Below, one piece after another: positions 27,701-39,700 of a DNA stretch of 64,000 bases (its first letter is position 1; each line of letters starts with the position of its first letter). Under the pieces are notes generated by a model, which did no database searches, had not been told where the DNA came from, and was given only the letters and a program-made list of their open reading frames with translations. The stretch comes from Carcharhinus amblyrhynchos (taxonomy: Eukaryota): NCBI GenBank assembly GCA_965287045.1, contig OZ336895.1, positions 23,870,001-23,934,000 of the forward strand, given 5' to 3'. A program made the position numbers and the translations under genes.

Positions 27701-30700
27701 GAATTATTTTCACTGCAACAACAGAAACATCAATTGCCAGTAGCAGCACTGCAATATCAGCCTCTTCATCAACTCCTGCAACAATAAGTACATCAGGAGC
27801 AACAACAACAGAAAGTTCCACTCCAGCTTCAACAAGCATCTCAACATCAACACTCATTCCAACAAGTGGTGAGTATTGTAGTAATATCTAATCAATGTGT
27901 ATACATTACTTGCCCTTTGCTGTTTAAACATGTTTAACGAAGAGAATAATTTGTATTTTACCAAAGCGTGAACAGATCATCACAGTTTCTGTTTTAATTT
28001 AGAATTCAGTGTATTCTCTCCAACTTGGCACTTTTTCTCAGTGATGTTACTCTTCACTTTCTCAGCAACATCTCCAACCACGACTGTAAGTGTACAGAGC
28101 ACCACTGCAGCAGTGAGCTCTACACCAACAACAATGTCAACAAGTTCAACAGCAGAAACAACAACAAGCAGCTCCACTCCTGCATCGACAGCTGAATCAA
28201 CGACAATCACAACAACACAAGCCCCGACAACAAGTGGTGAGTAACATGGTATATTTTCCTCTTCAAGTCTAATCCTGTGAGTTTTCATACAGGGTTATGA
28301 TTAGAAACTGATATTTTTAAAAAGCACTCCCAATTTGCTGCTTACAGTTAACATACAGCACAGGAGAATCTTTAGAAAATTCATCAGCTATTTTGTATAT
28401 TTTGCAAATATTTGTGGATAATTTGGAATATGTTCAATTGTTAGCAAATCATATCAGTGTGTTTTTAATGCATATTTTTGAGTAAGTTTAGAATTTGCAC
28501 GTTTACCTCAGTTAAATCATGAATTATTTTCACTGCAACAACAGAAACCTCAATTGCCAGTAGCAGCACTGCAATATCAGCCTCTTCATCAACCCCGGCA
28601 ACAACAAGTACATCAGTAGCAACAACAACACAAAGTTCCACTCCAGCATTAATAAGCATCTCAACATCAACACTCATTACAACAAGTGGTGAGTATTGTA
28701 GTAATATCTAATTCATGTGCAAACATTACTTGTTTTTTGCAGTTTAAATATGTTTAATCAAGAGAATAATTTGCATTTTACCAAAGTGTTAACAGACCAT
28801 TGCAGTTTCTATTTTAATTTAGAATTCAGTGTATTTTCTCCAAGTTAGCACTTTCTTTCAGTAATGTCACTCTTCACTTCCGCAGCAACATCTCCAACCA
28901 CGACTGTAACTGCACAGAGCACCACTGCAGCAGTGAGCTCTACATCAGCAACAATGTCAACAAGTCCAACAGCAGAAATAACAACAAGCAGCTCCACTCC
29001 TGCATCAACAGCTGAATCAACGACAATCACAACACAAGCTCCTACAACAAGTGGTGATTATCTAAATATTGAAAAATGGTGTTCCAATGACATTGCTCTC
29101 AATGTAGATCATGTTTAGACGATGTAATAAGCAGAAAATATTGTAATTTTATTGTTTATATTCAGATTAATGAAACGTTCAAATCTTTTTCCATTTTCAC
29201 ATTCTGCAAGGCATCTACTACAACATGCCAATGTCGTATTTTGTGTGGATTTGTTAATATATCAGAGAGATTTGTATACTCATGCACATTTTTGTGTTTG
29301 GTATTGTAAGTTGCTGGTTTGACTCAGATTTGCCATTATTTGCTTCTCACTGAAACAGCAGAAACATCAACCTCAACTGCACAGAGCACCACTGCAGCAG
29401 TGAGCTCTACATCAGCAACAATATCTACAAGTCCAACAGCAGAAATAACAACAAGCAGCTCCACTCCTGCATCGACCGCTGAATCAACGACAATCACAAC
29501 AACACAAGCCCCTACGACAAGTGGTGAGTATCCAAATAATGAAAAATAGTGTTCCAATGACATTGCTCCCAATTTAAATCACGTGATAGACTATATAATA
29601 AAATGAGCAGAAAATATTGCAGTTTTATTCTTTAGATTCATGATCAGTGAAGGGGGCAAATCATTTGCTAATGTCACCATCTGCAACGCATCTGCTACAG
29701 CATGCCAATGTCGTATTTTGTGTGGATTTCTTGATATATCAGAGAGATTTGTATACTCATGCACATTTTTGAGTTTGGTATTGTAAGTTGCTGGTGGACT
29801 CAGATTTGCGATTATTTGCTTCCCACTGAAACAGCAGAAACATCAACCTCAACTGCACAGAGCACCACTGCAGCATCGAGCTCTGCATCAACTCCCACAT
29901 CAACAAGTACAGCAGAATCAACAACTACAACAATCTCCACTCCAGCACCAACAACTGAATCAACAATAATGACAACAACACAAGCCCCTACAACAAGTGG
30001 TGAGTAACATGGTCCATTTTCCTGTTCCAGTCTAATTCTGTGAATTTTCAAGGAGGATTATGACTACATACTGATATTTTAAAAAACATTCCCAATTTGC
30101 TGTTTACAGGTAAAATAATACACATGAGAATCTTTGGAAAATTCATCAGTTGTTTCATATCTTTGGAAATACCTTTGGCAAATTTATAATACGCTCAGTT
30201 ATTAGCAAATCATATCGGTGTGTTTTTAATGTACATTTCTGAGTAAGATATTCCAATTTGTGGGTTTACCTCATAGAAATCATTAAATATTTTCATTGCA
30301 GCAACAGAAACCTCAACTGCCAGTAGCAGCACTGCAATATCAGCCTCTTCATCAACTCCTGCAACAACAAGTACATCAGGAGCAACAACAGAAAGTTCCA
30401 CCCCAGCTTCAACAAGCATCTCAACATCAACACTCACTACAAGTGGTGAGTATCATTGTAAAACTAATGTTCCAATCTAATTCGTGTGCAAATATTATCT
30501 GTTTTATTTGCCTTTCAACATTGGACACATTTAATCAGCTGAGTAATTCGTACTTTAACTAAATGTTTAATTGAAGACAGCATTTTGTATTTTAATCAAA
30601 TTTTCTGTACATTTTCTCCAACTTGGCTCCTTCAGTAATGTCATTCTTCACTTTCTCAGCAATATCTCCAATCACAACTGCAAGTGCACAGAGCACCACT

Positions 30701-33700
30701 GCAGCAGTGAGCTCCACACCAACAACGTCAACAAGTCCAACAGCAGAAACAACAACAAGCAGCTCCACTCCTGCATCGACAGCTGAATCAACAACAATCA
30801 CAACAACACAAGCCCCTACGACAAGTGGTGAGTACCCAAATATTGAGAATGGTGTTCCAGTGACATTGCTCTCAACTTAAATCAAGTGATAGACTATATA
30901 ATAAAATGAGCAGAAAATATTGCAGTTTTATAGTTTAGATTCTTGATTGATGAAGGGGCAAATCATTTGCTAATTTCACATTCTGCAATGTGTCCGCTAC
31001 AACATGCCAATGTCGTATTTTGTGTGGATTTCTTAATACATCAGAGAGATTTATATATTCATGCACATTTTTGATTTTGGTATTGTAAGTTGCTGGTGTG
31101 ACTCAGATTTGTCAAAATTTGCTTCTCACTGAAACAGCAGAAACATCAACCTCAACTGCACAGAGCACCACTAAAGCATCGAACTCTGCATCAACTCCCA
31201 TATCAACAAGTACAGCAGAATCAACAACTACAATGATCTCCACTCCAGCACTGACAACTGAATCAGCATCAATCACAACAACACAATCCCCTACAACAAG
31301 TGGTGAGTAATGTGGTCCATTTCCCTGTTCCAGTCTAATTCTGTGAATTTTCAAGCAGGATTATGACTACATACTGATACTTTAAAAAACATTCCCGATT
31401 TGCTGGTTACAGTTAAAATAATGCACATGAGAATCTTTGGAAAATTCATCAGTTGTTTTGTATCTTCTGCAAATATCTTTGGCAAATTTATAATACGCTC
31501 AGTTATTAGCAAATCATATCACTGTGTTTTTAATGTACATTTCTGAGTAAGATATTCAAATTTGTGGGTTTACCTCATATAAATCATTAAATATTTTCAC
31601 TGCAGCAACAGAAACCTCAACTGCTGGTAGCAGCACTGCAATATCAGCCTCTTCATCAACTCCTGCAACAACAAGTACATCAGGACCAACAACAGTTTCA
31701 ACAAGCATCTCAACATCAACACTCATTACAACAAGTGGTGAGTATCATTGTAAAACTAATGTTCCAATCTATTCATGTGCAAATATTATCTGATGTTTTT
31801 TGACTTTCAACATTGGACACAATTACTCAGCTGAATAATTTGTATTGTAACTAAGTGTTTAACAGAAGGCAGCATTTTCTTTTTTAAATCAGATTTTCTG
31901 TACATTTTCTCCAACTTGGCTCTTTCAGTAATGTCACTCTTCACTTTCTCAGCAATATCTCCAACCACGCCTGCAAGTGCACAAAGCACCAGTGCAGCAG
32001 TGAGCTCCACACCAACAACAATGTCAACAAGTCCAACAGCAGAAACAACAAGCAGCTCCACTCCTGCATCGACAGCTGAATCAACGACAATCACAACAAC
32101 ACAAGCCCCTATGACAAGTGGTGAGTATTCAAATACTGAAAAATGGTGTTCCAATGACATTGCTCTCAATTTAAATCATGTGATAGACTATTTAATAAAA
32201 TGAGCAGAAAATATTGCACTTTTATTGTTTAGATTCTTGATCAATGAAGGGGGCAAATCATTTGCTAATTTCACCATCTGCAACGTGTCTGCTACAACAT
32301 GCCAATGTCGTATTTTGTGTGGATTCATTAATATATCAGAGGGATTTATATACTCATGCACATTTTTCAGTTTGGGTTTGTGAGTTGCTGGTGTGACTCA
32401 GATTTGCCATAATTTGCTTCTCACTGAAACAGCAGAAACATCAACCTCAACTGCACAGAGCACCACTGCAGCAGCGAACTCTGCACCAACTCCCACACCA
32501 ACAAGTACAGCAGAATCAACAACTACACCAATCTCCACGCCAGCACCAACAACTGAATCAACAACAATCACAACACAAGCCCCTACGACAAGTGGTGAGT
32601 AACATGGTCCATCTTCCTGTTCCAGTCAAATTCTGTGAGTTTTCAAGCAGGGCTATGATCAGAAACAATTATTTTGAAAAACACTCCTATTTGCCTAATT
32701 ACAATTACATTTATGCACAGGAGAATCTTTGGAAAATTCATCAGCTGTTTTGTATATTTTGCAAATATTTGTGGGGAATTTGTAATATGTTCAATTGTTA
32801 GCAAATGATATCAGTGTGTTTTAATGCATATTTCTGAGTAAGATATTAGAATTTGCTAGTTTACCTCAGATAAATCATGAATTATTTTCACTGCAACAAC
32901 AGAAACCTTAATTGCCAGTAACAGCACTGCAATATCAGCCTCTTCATCAACTCCAGCAACAACAAGTACATCAGGAGCAACAACAACAGAAAGTTCCACT
33001 CCAGCATTGACAAGCATCTCATCATCAACACTCATTACAACAAGTAGTGAGTATCGTAGTAATATCTAATTCATGTGTAGACATTAGTTGCTTTTTGCTG
33101 TTTAAATATGTTTAATCAAAAGAATAATTTGCATTTTACTAAAGTGTTAACAAATTATTGCAGTTTCTACTTTACTTTAGAATTCAGTGTATTCTCTCTA
33201 AGTTGGCACTTTTTCTCAGTAATGTTACTCTTCACTTCCTCAGCAACATCTCCAACCATGACTGTAAGTGCACAGAGCACCACTGTAGCAGTGAGCTCTA
33301 CATCAGCAACAATGTCTGCAAGTCCAACAGCAGAAACAACAACAAGCAGCTCCACTCCTGCATCAACAGCTGAATCAACGACAATCACAACAACACAAGC
33401 TCCTACGACAAGTGGTGAGTATTCAAATATTGAAAAATGGTGGTCCAATGACATTGCTCTCAATTTAAATCATGTGATAGATTATATAATAAAATGAGCA
33501 GAAAATATTGCAGTTTTATTCTTTAGATTCAGATTAATAAAGGGGACAAATCAGTTGCTAATTCCATCATCTGCAATGTGTCTGCTTAAACATGCCAGTG
33601 TCGTATTTTGAGTGTGTTTCTTAATATATCGGAGGGATTTGTATATTCATGCACATTTTTGAGTTTGGTATTGTAAGTTGCTGGTGTGACTCAGATTTGC

Positions 33701-36700
33701 TATAATTTGCTTCTCACTGAAACAGCAGAAACACCAACCTCAACTGCACAGAGCACCACTGCAGCAGCAAACTCTGCATCAACTCCCACACCAACAAGTA
33801 CAGCAGAATCAATAACTACAACAATCTCCACTGCAGCACCGACAACTGAATCAGCATCAGTCACAACACAAGCCCCTATGACAAGTGGTGAGTAACATGA
33901 TCCATTTTCCTGTTCCAGTCTAATTCTGAGTTTTCATGCAGGGCTATGATTAGAAACTGATGTTTTTTTAAAAACATTCCCAATTTGCTGCTTACAATTA
34001 CAATAATACACATGAGAATCTTTGAAAATTCGTCAGCAGTTTTGTATATTTTGCCAATATTTTGGGTAATTTGTAATATGTTCAATTGTTAACAAATGAT
34101 ATCAGTGTGTCTTTAATGTATATTTCTGAGTAAGATATTAGAATTTGCTAGCTTACCTCAGATAAATCATGAATTATTTTCACTGCAACAACAGAAACCT
34201 TAACTGCCGGTAGCAGCACTGCAATATCAGCCTCTTCATCAACTCCTGCAACAACAAGTACATCAGGAGCAACAACATCAGAAAGTTCCACTCCAGCTTC
34301 AACAAGGATCTCAACATCAACACTCGCTACAAGTGGTGAGTATCATTGTAAAACTAATATTCCAATATAATTGATGTGCAAATGTTAGTTGATGCTTTTT
34401 ACCTCTTTGAACATGGGATGAATTTAATCAACTGAGTAATTACCTTTAACCACAGCTTGAACAGATCATACCAATTTCTATCTACATTTAGGTTTCTGTG
34501 TATGGTATTCCAAGTTGCCTCTTTCTTACAGTAATGTAATTCTTCACTTTCCCAGCATTACCATCAACCACGACTCCAAGTGCACAGAGCACCACTGCAG
34601 CAGTGAGCTCCATACCAACAACATCAACAAGTCCAACAGCAGAAACAACAACAAGCAGCTCCACTCCTGCATCAACAGCTGAATCAATGACAATCACAAC
34701 AACACAAGCCCCTACGATATTTGGTATGTATCCAAGTACAGAAAAATCTTTGTTGCAATAGAATTGCTTTCAATTTAAATCATTGGTTTGAGAATTTACT
34801 ACAATAAGCACAACATTTTGTAGTTTGATGGATTCCATTCATTAATTCAGGAGATGAATCATTTGCTAATTTCACCTTCTGCTACAACAAGTCTATGTCA
34901 TATTTTGTGTGAATTTGTCAACAAACTGGTGCCATTTGTATATTAATGCATATTTTTGAATATGGTATTCTAAGTTGCTAGTTTGATTCAAATATGCCAT
35001 TTTATTTGCACTTGAACAGCAGCAACATCAACTGCAGCTGCACAGACCGCCACTGCAGCACCGAGCTCTGCACCTACTCTCACCGCAACCGGGTCAACAA
35101 CGACAGGCAGTTCCACTCCAGCTCCAACGATGGAATCCACAATAATGGCAACAACACAAGGCATTACAACAAGTGGTGCGTATCATAATACACATTTCTG
35201 TTCCAAACTGATTCTGTGCAAGTTGAAGCAGGATTATGATTGTGCAGTGAAATCGAAACAAAACACTCCCATTTTGCTGGTTACAGTTATTATAAAGTAA
35301 CTGCAACCAGCAGAACGTCATTTAATATTTTATTAGCTGCTTTGTGTTCTTGGCAAATAACTGTGGGCAACTCAAAGTTGCTGATTAATTATTTTCACTG
35401 CAACAGCAGAAACATCAACTGCTGGTAGCAGCACTGCAATATCAGCCTCTTCATCAACTCCGGCAACAACAAGTATACCAGAAGCAACAACATCAGTAAG
35501 TTCCACTCCAGCTTCAACAAGCATCTCAACATCAACACTTGCTACAAGTGGTGAGTATCATTGTAAAACTAATATTCCAATATAATTGATATGCAAATGT
35601 TAGTTGATGCTTTTTACCTCTTTGAACATTGGATGAATTTAATCAACTGAGTAATTACCTTGAACTACAGCTTGAACAGATCATACCAATTTCTATCTAC
35701 ATTTAGGTTTCTGTGTATGGTATTCCAAGTTGCCTCTTTCTCGCAGTAATGTAATTCTTCACTTTCCCAGCATTACCGTCAACCACGACTGCAAGTGCAC
35801 AGAGCACCACTGCAACAGTGACGCCAGCAACAATGTCAACAAGCCCAACAGCAGAAACAACAACAAGCAGCTCCACTCCTGCATCGACAGTTGAATCAAT
35901 GACAATCACAACAACACAAGCCCCTACGACAAGTGGTAAGTGTCCCAATGTGGAAGAATGGTGTTCCAATGAAATTGCCATCAATTTAAATCATCTGTTA
36001 GATTATATAATGAAATAAGCAGAAAATATTTCTGTTTTATTCAGAATAATGAAGGGGGCAAATCATTTGCTAATTTCACCTTCTGCAACGTCTCCTGTAA
36101 CATGCCAATGTTGTATTTTGCATGGGTGTGTTAATATTTCAGAGAAATTTGTATATTCATGCATATTTTTGAGTTTGGTATTGTAAGTTGCTGGTGTGAC
36201 TCAGATTAGCCATTATTTGCCATCACTGAAACAGCGGAAACATCAACCTCAACTGCACAGAGCACCACTGCAGCAGCAAACTCTGCATCAACTCCCATAT
36301 CAACAAGTACAGCAGAATCAACAACTACAATGATCTCCACTCCAGCACCAACAACTGAATCAATGACAATCACAACACAAGGCATTACAAGTGGTGGGTA
36401 TGAGTGTATACTTTTCAGTTCTAATCTGATTCTGCGATGAGTTTTCAAGTAGTATTATGACTATATACTGAAATTTTAAAAAACACTCCTGACTCACTGT
36501 TTACAGTTACAATAATGTATGGGAGAATACTGTAAAATTTCATCAGTTGCTTTGCATCTTTTGCAAATATTTGTGGTAAATTTGTAATATGTTCAATTGT
36601 TAGTAAATCATATCAGTGTGTTTTTTAAATTACAATCCTGAGTAAGGCATTCCAATTTGCTAGTTTACCTCATATAAGTCATTAATTATTTTCATTGCGA

Positions 36701-39700
36701 CATCAGAAGCCTTAACTGCCAGTAGCAGCACTGTGATATCAGCCTCTTCATCAACTCCTGCAATAACAAGTACATCAGGAGCAACAACAATGGAAAACTC
36801 CACTCCAGCATCAACCAGCATCTCAACATCAACACTCGTTGCAACAAGTGGTGAGCATCATTATAAAATTAATGCCCCAGTCTAATTTGTAAGCAAATAT
36901 TACTTTTCTTACTGTTTAAAAATGAATACATTTCTTGAACTGAGTAATTTGAATTCTACCAGCGTGTGATCCGAACATTGCAGTTTGCATTTTAATTTCG
37001 ATTTCTGGGTATTTCATTGGAAGTCGGCTGTTTCTCTCAGTAATGCCTCTCTTCATTTTCTCAGCAACATCTGCAACTGTGACTCCAAGTGCACAGAGCA
37101 CCACTGCAGCAGTGAGCTCCACACCAATGTCAACAAGTCCAACAGCAGAAACAATAACAAGCAGCTCCCCTCCTGCATCGACAGCTGAATCAATGACAGT
37201 CACAACAACACAAGCCCCTACGATAAGTGGTATGTATCCAAATGTGGAAAAATCTTTGTTGAAATGAAATTGCTCTCAATTTAAATAATTTGTTTGAGAA
37301 TTTACTAGAATAAGCACAAAATTTTGTAGTTTTATGGATTCCATTCATTAATTCAGGGGATAAATCATTTGATAATTTCTGCTGTGTTCTACTATAAGTC
37401 TATGTCGTATTTTGTGTGAATTTGTCAACAAACTGGTGCCATTTGTGTATTAATGGATATTTATGATTATGGTATTGCAAGTTGCTGGTTTGACTCAAAT
37501 ATGCCATGATTTATTTGCACTTGAACAGCAGCAACATCAACTGCAACTGCACAGACCACCACTGCAGTATCAAGCTCTGTACCTACTCCCACCTCAACTG
37601 CAACTGAGTCAACAACTACAGGCAGTTCCACTCCAGCTCCAACAGCAGAATCCACAACAATCGCAAAAACACAAGGCATTACAATAAGTGGTGCGTATCA
37701 TAATACACATTTCTGTTCCAAACTGATTCTGTGAAAGTTGAAGCAGGATTATGACTATATAGTGAAATCAAAACACAACACTCTCACTTTGCTGGTTACA
37801 GTTACAATAATGCATGAGAATGTCATTTAACATTTTATCAGCTGCTTTGTGTCATTTGCAAATAGTTGTGGCCAGTTCAAAGTTGCTCATTAACTCGTAT
37901 AATTAGCTTGTTTACCTCATATAAATCACTAATTAATTTCACTGCGACAGGAGAAACCTCAACTGCCAGTAGCAGCACTGCAATATCAGCCTCTTCGTCA
38001 ACTCCTGCAACAACAAGTACATCAGGAGCAACAACAACAGAAAGTTACACTCCAGCATCGACAAACATCTCAACATCAACACTCACTACAAGTGGTGAGT
38101 ATCATAAAAAACAATTCCAATCTAGTTGACGTGCAAATGTTACTTGATGCATTTTTGGTGATTCAAGATTGCATACATTTAATCAACTGAGTAACTTACA
38201 TTCTACCGAAGTGTGAACAGATCAAAACAGTTTCCATTTTTAGATTTCTGAGTATTTCTTTTCAAGTTGTCTTTGTTTCTCAACAACGTCATTCTTCACC
38301 TCTCAGCAACATCAGAAACCTCGACTGCAACTGCACAGAGCACCACTGCAGCAGTGAGCTCTACATCAACAACAATCTCAATAAGTTCAACAGCAGAACC
38401 AACAACAAGCAGCTCTGCTCCTGCATCAACAGCTGAATCAACAACAATCACAACACAAGGCACTGCAACAAGTGGTGAGTCTTGAAGTACAGTTTTACTT
38501 CGTGTTTCAATACGCTTCTCTCAAATTAAATCATTTGCCTACGTACCAAAAGGAACATAATACATTGCAGTTTTAATTTTGCCATCCTCATTAATACTGG
38601 GGTGTGAATCATTTGGTTATTGCGCCTCCTGGTTTGATTCTGCTACCAAATGCTGTATTTTGAAGGAATTGGAGGGAATTAGCAACATTCAAAGTGTATC
38701 TGGATTCAGGATACATGAATAGGAGATGAACGGAGGGTTAAAAATCACATGAGCAATTAGCAGCAGATCTAAGCAAGGATTAGGAAATGGTACAGGCTTG
38801 GTAGACAGAAGGGTCTGTTCCTATGCTGTATTGTTCTTTGTTAACAAACCAGAGGCATTTGTATATTCATTTAGATTTTTGACTATGGCATTGCACGTTG
38901 CTGGTTTGGCTCAAATATGTCTTAACTGTTTTTATTCAATGCCAGAAACATCAACCGCAACTGCACAGAGCACCACTGCAGCATTGAGCTCTGCATCAAC
39001 TCCCACATCAACCAATGCAACAGAATCAACAACTACAACAATCGCAACACAAGGCATCACAATAAGTGGTGAGTACTGTTGTATATTTTCTTCCAATCTG
39101 TTTCCTTCAAATTTAAAGTGGTGAGTGTCTAAGAACTCTTATCTGCTTTAAAAGCAAATTACTGCGGATGCTTGAATCTAAAACCAAAAGATAAAATGCT
39201 GGAAGATCTCAGCAGGTCTGTCAGCATCTGTAAGGAGTGAAAAGAGCTGACATTTCAAGTCCAGATGACTCTTTGTCAGAGCTTTGACAAAGGGTCATCT
39301 GGACTCGAAATGTCAACTCTTTTCTCTCCTTACAGATGCTGACAGACCTGCTGAGGTTTTCCAGCATTTTCTCTTTCGGACTCTCTAATTTACTGTTCCA
39401 ATGTAAGTCAAGAGAATGACTACATGCTAAAATAAACTCAAAGTATTGCAGTTTTATTGTATATGTCTATTATAATGCAGTGGATAATCATTTGTATTTG
39501 AATTTCACCTCTGGCTTTGTGCCTGCTACCACAATTTGGGGAAATCTGTTAACAAGCCATTTGTATATTAATCCTCATTTTGGAGTCTGTTGCTGGAAGT
39601 TGTTTGTTTTGCTCAAATATGCCAATATTTATTTTCACCGAAACAGCAGAAACATCAACTGCTGGTTCACAGACCTCCACTGCAGCATCGAGCTCCGCAG

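Noticed and set aside
414-33497. ORF-track proteins starting MYFNQ...WLFLSVMSFFTFS or MTQICHYLLL, resembling a family of small secreted peptides
   Set aside because: The N-termini are translated polypyrimidine tracts with mostly TTG/GTG starts, and the C-termini run through GTGAGT donors. They are exons of one gene.
556-38500. CRISPR-like or prokaryotic repeat-spacer array
   Set aside because: The intervening sequences are themselves repeated introns of hundreds of bp, there are no cas genes, and the context is vertebrate (spliceosomal introns, SINEs, LINEs).
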